A DNA stretch of 63,877 nucleotides, filler included, from Ferroacidibacillus organovorans (GCF_001642725.1; 4 parts of 4 records of this genome joined end to end with filler, not necessarily neighbours in it); one strand, 5' to 3'. Positions 28,310 through 38,183 are shown, counted from the first letter of the whole stretch. Notes: a model not told the origin generated them from the letters alone. Translations and numbers: made by a program.

Positions 28310-28670
28310 TTATGATATCTCCCACCGAAACTCCACGCTCAGAAGCATAACGGTCAGCACCCGTAGGCGGTAATCTAGTTCCGCCATTTCACGCATGCAA
28401 TCAACAAACGTTTGAGATGGCAAAATTCGTGCTTTGTGATGATATTGCAGCGCTTGAAGGTGTTTGTCATCCGTAACCAGAAAATCTGATAATGCTTCGT
28501 TCGCCGTTGCCAGAATGAAATCGTCCTCCCGGGATTGCCGAAGCGAGCCACAAACGGCGGAATAGGATGGACGTGTGACGTTGCCCTCAGACTCATGAAA
28601 AAAAAGAGAACCTGTTCGCGATCCAGCCGCGTCAAGAAATACGGGTTCGCCAAAGTACGCATTTCAGTAT
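28310..28670 (-). pseudogene. Frameshifted PIN-family toxin gene
   Basis: One frame gives EMRTLANPYF...VARFGNP. After a shift near 28530 it continues EDDFILATANEALSDFLVTDDKHLQAL...ILPSQTF, matching the DPDDD..LA.A....D.LVTGD PIN pattern. Confidence 0.7.
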
Positions 28671-28793
28671 GATTTGACGGCGACGACATTCACTCCGATG
28701 CGCTTCACGCGATGCCGACCAAACTTGCTTTGACGATTATATTCTCAAGACGAGCCGTCCCCACTTCCCTAACATTGAATATCCGTTAAAAAT

Positions 28794-31382
28794 TTACGTC
28801 ACTAAATTCGGAACCTTGGTGGAAACTCTCTCAGCGACCTTAGCATAGACGTCTATGTCTATAGCGTTTTTGATTTCAAAAGAAACTATCAAAGCGTAAG
28901 GAACGCTGCCAGAGAACCTGTCGTCAGCATCGCCACGGCAATTTACCTTGACTTGTAGCGTATCGTTTTCATCCCAAACAACTGTATTGTTATTCTCAAA
29001 AATTTCGTGCTGTACCGAACCGCGAACCGCTGCATTCCAATCTACATCCATACGAGAGTCGAGTAGATTCTTCTTGCCGTTTTCTATACTGTACCAAAGC
29101 TGGGCAGCGCGGTACTTCTGCCTTGTCGGAACAAATGGCGGGAAGTAAGTCAGGGTGGCTGTCAAGCGGCGACAGATTTTCGAACTGCTGAAGTTGAAAG
29201 GTAATGGCAAGTCATATATATGCGCCTCACCATTTTTCAAATCTCCATAGCCGACAAGAGTTACACGGTTCTTAGCGCATTCGATGGCGCGTTCTATATC
29301 CGGCTTACCGAACCCAAGAAATCTATGCAATTTGCTGGAGCGATCCTGCCTCTTCGTTAGGTTCAACACTTTTGCGTACTTATCGGACAATGCTCCCCAT
29401 TCAGCACCATGAACTAACATAGCTTTAATAAGCAGTGCCACATGTTCATCGGGAACCGCCTCCTCAGCGCTACCGAAGACTTCAAGCAATGTGTCATAGC
29501 ACCGAGATGCTTCGTGGGAAACCAACGCGGCGGAGTTGCTCGTCCCAAAGGTGTACATGACTTTATTCGCAGCATTGCCCGCTGCGAGCGGGGCGGCTGA
29601 TACCGTGCCGGGTTCTCTCGTTGCGCTATCTGGCCACTCGATGATGGTTCCATCAGAACCGTGGCGAATAAACTCCCTTACCCAGCTTCTCCCACCAGGG
29701 AATAAAATGTCTGGCTTAATAGCGTTATTCATTCCCATACCAACAGAGTTTATTGCGCTTGGCAGTCCATCAGAGCAAGGCAGTATCTGTCGTGTGTTTT
29801 CGGTAAACGCAGAGGCATCTTCAAATGTTGCACCAACGGTAAGGGCATTTACGCTTTCTGCCGGCGAAAGTAACCTCAAGTTCCTTGATTCATTGTTGAC
29901 ATGACCGATAACTGCTTTATCGCGTGAGCCTATATCAGCGGCGACGAAGTCAGTGAATTTCATCCCCGTGTCCATATTGTCAGGATGATTCCCGGCACTG
30001 ACGACAAACAGAACCTTGTACTTCCAACTCAACCAGTCAAGCAGTCTTGCAAAAGGACTCATCGACCTGTCGAATTGGCGGTTGCGTAAGCCAATTGATA
30101 GGTTAATAACCTTAACGGTTGGCGCAACTTTGCCCGCTTCTTCCTCAAACAGTCTCCGAACGGCGACATGAATTTTGTCGACCAGAAGGCTGTCATTAGG
30201 AATTTGTTCGAAGTAATCGCTACCCCACTGAATAGGTTTCATTAATGGGCGGACATATATTTTGCGTGTTGCGGCGTGTACTATCTTCGACAAATCTCCA
30301 AGAGCAGCCATAGAAGCCATTGATGTTCCATGTTTTCTTGCTTCAACGACGTAGTTCGTTGCATAACCATCAGGGTCGTCTACGGTAAGACGACCTTGAA
30401 GGTATGGATGGTTCTCTTGAGGCAACCCGTCAAATAGAGCAATGACAGGCTCGTCGATAATATCTTCACTCGAAGGGATTTGAAAATCCCCATCAAACGA
30501 ATTGTCCTTTGGAATCACAACGGCCTGCCCAACCGGTCTGAAAAACATTATCTGTTCTGCCGTAACGATAGACACATTCCGATTGCCGTTAATGATGCTT
30601 TCTGCTACATCCCTTGGAACGTTGGCAAGCACCGAGTGATAGGCGATATCCGTTATAACCGAACTGCTAATTACAGTTCCGCCAAGTGTCGTGATTTCAT
30701 TTCGCAATTGTTGCTCGTTCCTATCGCGTTTTTGCGGGTCGCTGCGAAAGAACAACTCAAACTCACACCTTACTCCACTAAGCGTTGTGTCTTGAAGTTC
30801 TTCTCGCCAAATTTCGAGAATTCCGGTCTCCTCCACACGTTCTTTATAGCCCCAGAAATCCATACTTTCAAGACTATCGAAAACATCTCGCAAACCGGTT
30901 TTGCCGACTGGGAAAGCCATGTTAGAGTCTTGGCCATACTTTCTCCAGAGCGACAGCATTTCTTCCATTGCGCGAGCATTGGAAAGAACGCAGTAGACCT
31001 TGCCTCCAATGGTGTTTTTCTTTTCGTTGCGCGTTCTTTCTTTTGTCTTGTTGTTTTCTTTCAAAACATAAAAGTCATCGGAGATATCAAATTGCTCCGG
31101 CATATCAAATATCCATTCAGCATCGCTGCCAAGATTTTTTACAGCCGTATAAAAGGTATCCGCACTGCCGACGACATCAAACACGAGTGTTTTTTCAGCC
31201 TCAATACCCATTGCAGACTGTTTGAGAGTGGCTATCGCGTTTTGAAGAGCGGTCATTTTGGGAGCAAGTCGCTCAGCTTGCCGCGAGTGCGAAGGGCGTT
31301 GAAAAATAGTTGCGCCGCCGCCACGATTGGATTTCTCTGCTTTGTTCGGTTGTCCGAATAAGATGAGGGGTCTCTCTGCCAT
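28794..31382 (-). CDS. ietS: S8 subtilisin-like serine protease, IetS-like
   Basis: Triad ALFDG / HGTSMAS / GTS, oxyanion SAGN and IKPD motifs, no signal peptide, long N-terminal domain. Coupled to the AAA ATPase. Confidence 0.85.
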   Translation of the reverse strand: MAERPLILFGQPNKAEKSNRGGGATIFQRPSHSRQAERLAPKMTALQNAIATLKQSAMGIEAEKTLVFDVVGSADTFYTAVKNLGSDAEWIFDMPEQFDISDDFYVLKENNKTKERTRNEKKNTIGGKVYCVLSNARAMEEMLSLWRKYGQDSNMAFPVGKTGLRDVFDSLESMDFWGYKERVEETGILEIWREELQDTTLSGVRCEFELFFRSDPQKRDRNEQQLRNEITTLGGTVISSSVITDIAYHSVLANVPRDVAESIINGNRNVSIVTAEQIMFFRPVGQAVVIPKDNSFDGDFQIPSSEDIIDEPVIALFDGLPQENHPYLQGRLTVDDPDGYATNYVVEARKHGTSMASMAALGDLSKIVHAATRKIYVRPLMKPIQWGSDYFEQIPNDSLLVDKIHVAVRRLFEEEAGKVAPTVKVINLSIGLRNRQFDRSMSPFARLLDWLSWKYKVLFVVSAGNHPDNMDTGMKFTDFVAADIGSRDKAVIGHVNNESRNLRLLSPAESVNALTVGATFEDASAFTENTRQILPCSDGLPSAINSVGMGMNNAIKPDILFPGGRSWVREFIRHGSDGTIIEWPDSATREPGTVSAAPLAAGNAANKVMYTFGTSNSAALVSHEASRCYDTLLEVFGSAEEAVPDEHVALLIKAMLVHGAEWGALSDKYAKVLNLTKRQDRSSKLHRFLGFGKPDIERAIECAKNRVTLVGYGDLKNGEAHIYDLPLPFNFSSSKICRRLTATLTYFPPFVPTRQKYRAAQLWYSIENGKKNLLDSRMDVDWNAAVRGSVQHEIFENNNTVVWDENDTLQVKVNCRGDADDRFSGSVPYALIVSFEIKNAIDIDVYAKVAERVSTKVPNLVT

Positions 31383-32401
31383 TATTCGACGCCTTCTTCC
31401 TGTGCCGTTTCCTTTGCCTTGCTGTTGATATTGACAGTTGAAAGCAACGATAGTTGTTTTTGAGTTATATCTTTTGCATTTCCGTTAGGTTGCCGAAGAA
31501 TGAACTGCCGGTAAACAGACAACCCAAATTCCTCGGCTTCGGAATAACTCCGATCTAAAAGTTTTTTTGCAAGAGTGGAATATGCGTAACCGAACGAGAA
31601 ACCGTTATGAGCATTTCGGCGTTCGAACTGCTCAAACCACACTTCTAAATCCGACCTTGATGGCTTTGGCAGCTCCATCCGTATCTGAAATCTGCGCCAA
31701 GCCGCTTTGTCGAGAAGCAACTCGTGATTGGTCGCCGCGATTGCGATTACATAACTTGGAAGCGCGTCGATTTGAAGCAGCAGCGAACTAACGACACGTT
31801 TGATTTCACCTGTTTCGTGCGTATCACCGCGCTCTTTACCGAGGGTTTCAAACTCGTCAAAGAACAGTACGCATTGACGAGTCTTAACATAGTCGAATAA
31901 CTTTCCAAGGCGAGATGCCGTCTCGCCCAGATATGCGCCTACGAGACTCTCATACTTGACAGTAAGGATGGGCAACATTAACGCTTCGGCTATCGCCTCG
32001 GCAAGCGACGTCTTCCCGTTACCCGGGGGACCAATCAGCAGGATTTTATTCCGAGGCTCAAGTCCGTGAGAGCGGAGAAGATCAGCCCTCATATGTTCCT
32101 CGAACAATTCTTGGCAGTTATCGATAATGTTCCTGGGCAGGAGTAAGTGCTCAAGTTTCTTCTCAGGTATCTTTTCGGAAACTATGCCGTCTCCGTTGCC
32201 GTTTCGGGCGGAAGGAGCTGTAGCTTCTTTCATAAATGTCTTTGAAGATATGCGGAGCATCTCTTCAATTCTTTTTGCCAAAACGCCATGCTGGTTCGCA
32301 CGTTCTTCCGCGCAAATTGCTTCGGCGGCCTTACGAAAATTAACGCCATCATTATTAAGACCATACTTGATAATGTCACAGAGTAAATCTGCTCTTGCCA
32401 T
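31382..32401 (-). CDS. ietA: AAA+ ATPase, IetA-like
   Basis: GPPGNGKT, FFDEFE, GEIKRVV..LLLQ.D and WRRF motifs. TAATG overlap with the S8 gene. Confidence 0.88.
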   Translation of the reverse strand: MARADLLCDIIKYGLNNDGVNFRKAAEAICAEERANQHGVLAKRIEEMLRISSKTFMKEATAPSARNGNGDGIVSEKIPEKKLEHLLLPRNIIDNCQELFEEHMRADLLRSHGLEPRNKILLIGPPGNGKTSLAEAIAEALMLPILTVKYESLVGAYLGETASRLGKLFDYVKTRQCVLFFDEFETLGKERGDTHETGEIKRVVSSLLLQIDALPSYVIAIAATNHELLLDKAAWRRFQIRMELPKPSRSDLEVWFEQFERRNAHNGFSFGYAYSTLAKKLLDRSYSEAEEFGLSVYRQFILRQPNGNAKDITQKQLSLLSTVNINSKAKETAQEEGVE

Positions 32402-32434
32402 TTTCGCTCCCTCCTTTCAATAAACGAACGAAAT

Positions 32435-32650
32435 TCACTTGGAAGTATTGTTCCTTAACTCTTCCGGGATTTCGATAAAATTATCTTGGCAAAAGTTAAA
32501 GAAGGTTTTCTGTGCAAGATTGCTTGGGATAACCTTGTCGTTTTCCCAGCGGTTAATTGTCGAGAAGTTGACATTTAGTGCCTCAGCTAATTGCTGTTGG
32601 CTCAAACTCAACTGTTTGCGAACATCTCTTATGAACTCCGACAGCATCAT
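32435..32650 (-). CDS. XRE family HTH regulator
   Basis: LSQQQLAEALNVNFSTINRWEN motif. Confidence 0.9.
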   Translation of the reverse strand: MMLSEFIRDVRKQLSLSQQQLAEALNVNFSTINRWENDKVIPSNLAQKTFFNFCQDNFIEIPEELRNNTSK

Positions 32651-32669
32651 CTTTGCTCCTCCCTTGCGC

Positions 32670-32721
32670 CGATATTGCAAGTGCTATGTGGTAATATGGC
32701 ACTTGCAATATCGCTTGTCAA
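32670..32721 (-). promoter_or_regulatory. Promoter and palindromic operator of the XRE-ATPase-protease operon
   Basis: TTGACA-N17-CATATT on the minus strand, overlapped by the 15-bp perfect inverted repeat CGATATTGCAAGTGC-N14-GCACTTGCAATATCG (32670-32713). Confidence 0.75.
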
Positions 32722-32723
32722 GA

Positions 32724-33116
32724 GGAGCTCTACGCGAACACGAATTGGACTTCCCAACGGATCATCTGTTGCACACGAAGGAGCGAGAACTCGAATCGCT
32801 TCGTGACGGTGTGAATCGACTCAAAGACCTGTTCGAGATGGGCGACGTGACAAAGGCGGAGTACAAAGCGCGGCTGGAACGTCTGAAGGATCTGATTGTG
32901 AGAAAAGAGAACGAGTACGAGCAACTAAAAGAGAGTCTGGACGGATGCTCGCCCCTCATCCACGCCGAACGGATACAGTTGATTGACGAACTCAAAGGCT
33001 CTTGGACGACTACTATCGACGTGAAGGAGCGGAACCGGCTTATGAAGCTGATCATTGAGCAGATCGAATATACTCGCGACGGGGTTGAGGTCGAAATTCA
33101 GGTGAAATTTCGATAG
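32724..33116 (+). pseudogene. Second, 5'-truncated copy of the serine recombinase 3' end
   Basis: HLLHTKERELESLRDGVNRLKDLF...VKFR is nearly identical to 27803-28229, with a 36-bp deletion between CACGA repeats. Confidence 0.9.
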
Positions 33117-33124
33117 CGATAGCC

Positions 33125-33619
33125 TCATAATTCCTTTGCAAATTCGAGAACTTCCCGATACAAACGCTCATTTAACCGAAACCCCTGATCGGAGAGACCA
33201 TCAAGGTACATCTTCACTTCGGGAATCAGATGCTTGGCTTTTGCAGTGAGCAGAACGCCGAGCGTTCCGGTACAATCCAACTTGAATGTCTTAGCCAGCA
33301 TTCTTGCCTGCCGGTCGTCTAAAATGACTGTTGAAATCCCTTGTTCAACCGCACCAATGATCACTTCCAACTCGCCACGATGCAAACGACCCGCAAGCTT
33401 CTCAACCAGAGACTGATCCTGCACTTGGAAATGGTGAACTTCTCCCTGATCTAACGCCATTTTGAGTTGTGTCGCCCCGACTGCAGCAGAGTCATACATA
33501 ATTTCGTCAAGCACGGCCTTCGGTACTGTAACTTCATCAAACAGTTTCCCTAATACCTGAAATAGTCCGACGGATGATAGTGCAATGATGGGACTCGCGT
33601 TACATACGATTCTCGTCAT
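33125..33619 (-). CDS. DUF3368 / PIN-like toxin
   Basis: IVCNASPII, GELEVI, ILDD..AR and GTLGVL motifs. Confidence 0.85.
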   Translation of the reverse strand: MTRIVCNASPIIALSSVGLFQVLGKLFDEVTVPKAVLDEIMYDSAAVGATQLKMALDQGEVHHFQVQDQSLVEKLAGRLHRGELEVIIGAVEQGISTVILDDRQARMLAKTFKLDCTGTLGVLLTAKAKHLIPEVKMYLDGLSDQGFRLNERLYREVLEFAKEL

Positions 33620-33920
33620 TTCCCGGCTCCGAATCTCCCAAGAGTCTTTTGATGAATGTTGCGTCGTCTTTCAGGTCTTCGTCGCCGTAGTTAGCCCAAG
33701 AAATATTTCGTTGGCGCAAGACATCGATGAATTGGTTGAGGGATTGTCCGGCAATTTCCGCAGCCCGTGCCAGGGAAACAACATGGCCTGTGTAGAGACC
33801 GATAGCAATCGAAATAATGACCCGCTCATCAGCTGTTTGTCCGATGCCAAGCTGATCGAGTACGGGAATTAACTCGGATGGAAGTTCGACTTGAAACTTG
33901 GATGGGTTAAGCGACATCAT
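33600..33920 (-). CDS. UPF0175 family protein (antitoxin partner)
   Basis: AIGLY...VSLARAAEIAG...F motif, overlapping the DUF3368 gene. Confidence 0.85.
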   Translation of the reverse strand: MMSLNPSKFQVELPSELIPVLDQLGIGQTADERVIISIAIGLYTGHVVSLARAAEIAGQSLNQFIDVLRQRNISWANYGDEDLKDDATFIKRLLGDSEPGNDENRM

Positions 33921-34189
33921 GAATCACCTCACAATTATGAGCATCCAGCGTTATGACGCCATTTTAACCTGCACAACTCCTGCACTTCCAGTATACATCA
34001 CAGTTGGCGATGATGATTCTAAGCCGTGTGGATCAAGCCTATAAGGAGATCGCCCGTACGTACCTTTGACAGGATAAATTCAACCTCTGTCGAGTTCATC
34101 TACTAACATATCCATCAAGATACGCCGAATCTGATCTATTACATTGCGCAGTCCGGTAGAGAACTGTCCTGATCCTCTTATCTCGCCTA

Positions 34190-34963
34190 TTACGGATCGT
34201 GGTGCGTTAAGATGTCACGAATGAGATTAGGTCTCCATACTCGTCCCACTTCTAAATTCTCGTGAATTCTTCCAGCATAAATGCCTAGAAGTTTATCTTG
34301 AAACCCACTCATGCTGATCATGAAATTTCCGTTTGACGTCCTATATCCTCCAGAAAGCCTAAGAATGACGGGCGATCCGGACATTCCTCCTCGTGTCGTA
34401 GCGTCAATTAGAAATGCTGGCCGCCCATCATAGTTTAGGTCTGGATCGGACGCAATGTGTCCTGTCTTCCAGATGGGCCACAACCCTCCGGTGGACAGAC
34501 CTAAGGGAAATCCAATTATCGATACTGGCATGGCAGGCGTTGGGACCATGTCCGTATCGGCAAGTTCAAGGGGCATACCGTAATAAACAATTGGATCTAA
34601 CTTCTCTAAGGGGATCAGTACTACATCCACCGCTCTCCCTGAGGGATGTTCCCACCATTGAGGGCGTCCTGCGTCGTCGTATAAACGGTAGTTACACGAG
34701 ACCCAATTCCCAAGTCCTATACTCGCGTGGAACCAAATATTCAGCGAATCTGGCACCGCCAATGACGGATGACGCGCTTGATTCGTATCGGGATGTCGTC
34801 CCGATACGACATGCCAGTTCGTCACGAGAAAGTGACGATCGCGATGCGTTGTTACGAATCCCGTAGCTGAACCCAAGTGCTGAGAATTTGCCATTGCATC
34901 AATCTTCAAGCAGCAACTGCTCAGCGAATCCACGAATATACTCCTTGGCTCAACAGTACTCAT
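34190..34963 (-). CDS. Trypsin-like serine protease, no signal peptide
   Basis: VTNWHVV (His), VDVVL (Asp) and GGMSGSPV (Ser) motifs. Confidence 0.85.
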   Translation of the reverse strand: MSTVEPRSIFVDSLSSCCLKIDAMANSQHLGSATGFVTTHRDRHFLVTNWHVVSGRHPDTNQARHPSLAVPDSLNIWFHASIGLGNWVSCNYRLYDDAGRPQWWEHPSGRAVDVVLIPLEKLDPIVYYGMPLELADTDMVPTPAMPVSIIGFPLGLSTGGLWPIWKTGHIASDPDLNYDGRPAFLIDATTRGGMSGSPVILRLSGGYRTSNGNFMISMSGFQDKLLGIYAGRIHENLEVGRVWRPNLIRDILTHHDP

Positions 34964-35163
34964 TCAGACCCCCCATATCCATTGTATACCAGCTGCATAG
35001 CTTGTGGCTTTCCTTTAGATGCCTCTGGTTCGACAGAACTCAGATTTCTTTGAAAGTTTTCATACAGGTAGTGGAATAAAGTTGATTTACGGAAACAAAT
35101 GGATAATATACTTTCTCTCTTCTCAACTGGATTACTTTATGGACTCGGCACCAGTGACAGGTC

Positions 35164-35263
35164 NNNNNNNNNNNNNNNNNNNNNNNNNNNNNNNNNNNNN
35201 NNNNNNNTTAATTAATTAANNNNNNNNNNNNNNNNNNNNNNNNNNNNNNNNNNNNNNNNNNNN
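35164..35263. other. Artificial contig-join spacer
   Basis: N run + TTAATTAATTAA + N run. Confidence 0.97.
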
Positions 35264-35356
35264 TCACGATGGACACCCTTGGCCTAAGCTAATGGCTACT
35301 GCTACCCTCACCATTCCGGACTTTCACCGTATAGACAACGCCCATGCCGGGCGCAC
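35264..35356 (-). mobile_element. 5' end of a class IIC group II intron (cut by the contig end)
   Basis: Minus strand begins GTGCGCCCGGCATGGGCG...GGTGAAAGTCC...CCAAGGGTGTCC, typical of IIC domain I. It starts 8 nt after a terminator stem. Confidence 0.85.
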
Positions 35357-35386
35357 ACAGAAGACGCGCCTTCAAGAGAAGGCGCG
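35357..35386 (-). terminator. Terminator of the alcohol dehydrogenase gene, and intron target
   Basis: CGCGCCTTC-TCTT-GAAGGCGCG followed by TCTTCTGT. Confidence 0.75.
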
Positions 35387-35410
35387 CCCTACGCACAGCG
35401 TGAATCTTGA

Positions 35411-36577
35411 TTAGAGGCTCGCTTTTAGAATCGCAAGAACATCGCTCTCACTCAGCTTTTTGTAATTCCCGAGTGTTCCCATGCGCACAGCGTGTGCCGC
35501 CATTTTGCCGAGATGCTCATCTGGAATGTCGTAGTCTGCGAGTCGCTTTGGCGCGCCAATACTGTCAAAGAAGGAGCGGACAGCCGCAATCGCTTCAAGC
35601 GCCACCGCGTGCTCGTCTTTGCCGCTTTTTTCGATGCCAAAAACGCGCGTTCCGAGTTGCGCGAACCGCGCGGTCCCTTCGCTCAATACGTGCTTCATCC
35701 AGTTTGGAAAAAGGATGGCAAGCCCTCCGCCGTGCGGGATGTCATAATAGGCGCTGACCTCGTGCTCAATGCCGTGTGTCGCCCAATCGCCGAGCATCCC
35801 CATCGCAATCATACCGTTGAGCGCCATTGTGCCGCAGTACATGATCGTTTCGCGCGCCGTTTCATCCTGCGGATTCTCAAGCACGCGCGGCGCGTATTCA
35901 ATGATCGTGGACATGACCGACTCACAAAGCCGCTCTTGAAGGGCGGTGTTTGGCGTATGGGAGAAATACTGTTCGAGCACGTGACTGAACATATCCACAA
36001 TGCCATAGGTCGTCTGTTCGCGGGAAACGGTAAACGTGTTCGTTGGATCGCAAAACGAGAATTTCGGGAATGTGTGAACAGAGCCAGAACCAATCTTCTC
36101 ATTCGTTTCCCAGTTTGTAATAACACCACCGCTGTTCATTTCAGACCCTGTCGCGGCAAGCGTCAGAATCGTGCCGAGTGGCAGGGCGCACTCCGGCCGC
36201 TTTCTCGTGCTATAGAAATCCCAGACGTCGCCATCATACAGCGCACCGCCGGCAATCGCTTTAGAAGCGTCGAGCACCGATCCGCCGCCAACGGCGAGGA
36301 TCAATTGTATGTCGTGTTCGCGGCAAAGCGCAATCCCTTTTTTCACCGTCGTGAGACGCGGGTTCGGCTCAATTCCAGATAGCTCAAACACCGTAACGCC
36401 GCCATCTTTTAACAAGTTCATCACGCGGTCATAGAGACCAAACGATTTGATGCTACCACCGCCGTACACGAGAAGCACGCGCTCGCCATACGTGCGCACC
36501 TGGCTTAGCAAATTCTTTTCCAGTTGATCTTTCCCGTAAAACAGTTGTGTTGGATTGTAAAATGCGAATGCATTCAT
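35411..36577 (-). CDS. Iron-containing alcohol dehydrogenase (NADH-dependent butanol dehydrogenase type)
   Basis: [25 protein letters not shown] and H.IEH...HG motifs. Confidence 0.93.
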   Translation of the reverse strand: MNAFAFYNPTQLFYGKDQLEKNLLSQVRTYGERVLLVYGGGSIKSFGLYDRVMNLLKDGGVTVFELSGIEPNPRLTTVKKGIALCREHDIQLILAVGGGSVLDASKAIAGGALYDGDVWDFYSTRKRPECALPLGTILTLAATGSEMNSGGVITNWETNEKIGSGSVHTFPKFSFCDPTNTFTVSREQTTYGIVDMFSHVLEQYFSHTPNTALQERLCESVMSTIIEYAPRVLENPQDETARETIMYCGTMALNGMIAMGMLGDWATHGIEHEVSAYYDIPHGGGLAILFPNWMKHVLSEGTARFAQLGTRVFGIEKSGKDEHAVALEAIAAVRSFFDSIGAPKRLADYDIPDEHLGKMAAHAVRMGTLGNYKKLSESDVLAILKASL

Positions 36578-36733
36578 GACAGACACCTCCCGAAAGACTT
36601 ACCTTTTTAACCTTACCATCTTTTTGTTTGTGCATCAAATGGCGAGCTAAAACGCACGCTACCCTCAGGATGTTGGCATCATTATGCATCCGTGCGCTAT
36701 CAAAAGACACGGAGAATTGCTGTGTGAAGCGAG

Positions 36734-36925
36734 GTGAAGAATTTGGGAGAGCGCACCTTATTCGTTGGGGGCGATCAAGCGCCAAACGACGGCTTCTATG
36801 TCGAAGTGAGTGAGCAGCGTCACGGTTCCCCTGTAAACGACCCAAAAGGCATTCAATTGAAACAAGGAGACCACTTTCCATCGCTCAGCGATAAAGATCG
36901 CAAGTGGACACTCCGCCGCAAGTGA
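36734..36925 (+). CDS. YjzC family protein
   Basis: GDQAPNDGFYVEV...LKQGDHFP...W pattern. Confidence 0.75.
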   Translation: MKNLGERTLFVGGDQAPNDGFYVEVSEQRHGSPVNDPKGIQLKQGDHFPSLSDKDRKWTLRRK

Positions 36926-36953
36926 AGATGAGCGTCCTCGTAAAAAAACCGGG

Positions 36954-38039
36954 TCAGCGAATTGACCCGGTTTCTGCAAAGCGTCGCGCGAGTGTGTCAA
37001 TCTCTCGCTTTAATTCCGAGACAAGTTCATGCTCAGGCACTTTGCGCACAACCTCACCGTAGCGAAACAGTAGACCTTCACCGCGCGCTCCGGCGATTCC
37101 AATGTCCGCCTCACGCGCTTCGCCTGGCCCGTTTACAGCGCAGCCGAGAACAGAGACTTTAATCGGTGCCTTGATGTTTTGTACATATTCTTCAATCTCA
37201 TTCGCAATGGAGATCAGGTCAATATCAATCCGCCCACACGTGGGACAAGAGACGAGTGTGACCGCGTTTGAGATGATCCCAAATGTTTTTAGCAGTTCCC
37301 GCGCCACTTTGATCTCCTCAACCGGATCGGCTGACAGCGAAACGCGAATTGTGTTTCCAAGCCCTGCCGCGAGCAATGTGCCAAGCCCTGCCGCGCTTTT
37401 GATCGTGCCGCTAAAAAGGGTGCCTGACTCCGTGATTCCAAGATGAAGCGGATAAGAAAATGTGCTTGCCGCGAGTTTGTACGCGTCGATCGCAAGATTG
37501 ACATCTGACGCTTTCATCGAAACAATAATGTCGGTAAAATCAAGCGACTCAAGAATTTCAATATGATGAAGCGCACTCTCAAGCATCCCTTGCGCCGTCG
37601 GATAGCCATAGCGTTCAAGAATGTGCCGTTCAAGCGAACCCGCGTTAACGCCAATGCGAATCGGAACGCCGCGCGCCTTGCACGCTTTTACCACTTCTTC
37701 GACACGCTCGCGCTTCCCAATGTTCCCAGGGTTGATTCGCACCTTGTCGACGCCGTTTTCAATCGCGAGGAGCGCCAGGCGATGGTCGAAATGAATATCT
37801 GCAACGAGCGGGATGTGGATCTCCTTTTTGATCGCTTTAATCGCATCGGCCGCTTCACGCGAGTTCACCGTAACGCGCACCAAGTCGGCTCCCGCCTCTT
37901 CCAAGCGATGAATCTCTGCAACCGTTGCTTTGACGTCAGCCGTTTTTGTCATGGTCATGCTCTGCATCGTCACGTGTTGACTCCCGCCAATGGTGAGAGG
38001 TCCTACGCGAACCGGTTTGGTTTGATCACGCAAAAACAT
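36954..38039 (-). CDS. ispG: (E)-4-hydroxy-3-methylbut-2-enyl-diphosphate synthase
   Basis: ADIHF, RINPGN, CPTCGR and GCAVNGPGE motifs. Confidence 0.97.
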   Translation of the reverse strand: MFLRDQTKPVRVGPLTIGGSQHVTMQSMTMTKTADVKATVAEIHRLEEAGADLVRVTVNSREAADAIKAIKKEIHIPLVADIHFDHRLALLAIENGVDKVRINPGNIGKRERVEEVVKACKARGVPIRIGVNAGSLERHILERYGYPTAQGMLESALHHIEILESLDFTDIIVSMKASDVNLAIDAYKLAASTFSYPLHLGITESGTLFSGTIKSAAGLGTLLAAGLGNTIRVSLSADPVEEIKVARELLKTFGIISNAVTLVSCPTCGRIDIDLISIANEIEEYVQNIKAPIKVSVLGCAVNGPGEAREADIGIAGARGEGLLFRYGEVVRKVPEHELVSELKREIDTLARRFAETGSIR

Positions 38040-38183
38040 GCGTATGGCCCCTTTTTAGTCGACATTGTGATAGATCTATTATAGCGCAGCCAGAGACGTG
38101 CGACGAGTCTTGGAACAGACAGGCAAAAGACCGTATAATGGACAAGGAGACACATCACAATCGTTAAAAGGAGAATCCCCACG

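Noticed and set aside
32439..33116. 225-aa ORF as a real protein
   Set aside because: It is a chimera of antisense XRE sequence and the truncated recombinase copy, with no credible start.
34964..35356. Group II intron being part of the defence island
   Set aside because: They are separated by an artificial contig join, so adjacency is unsupported.
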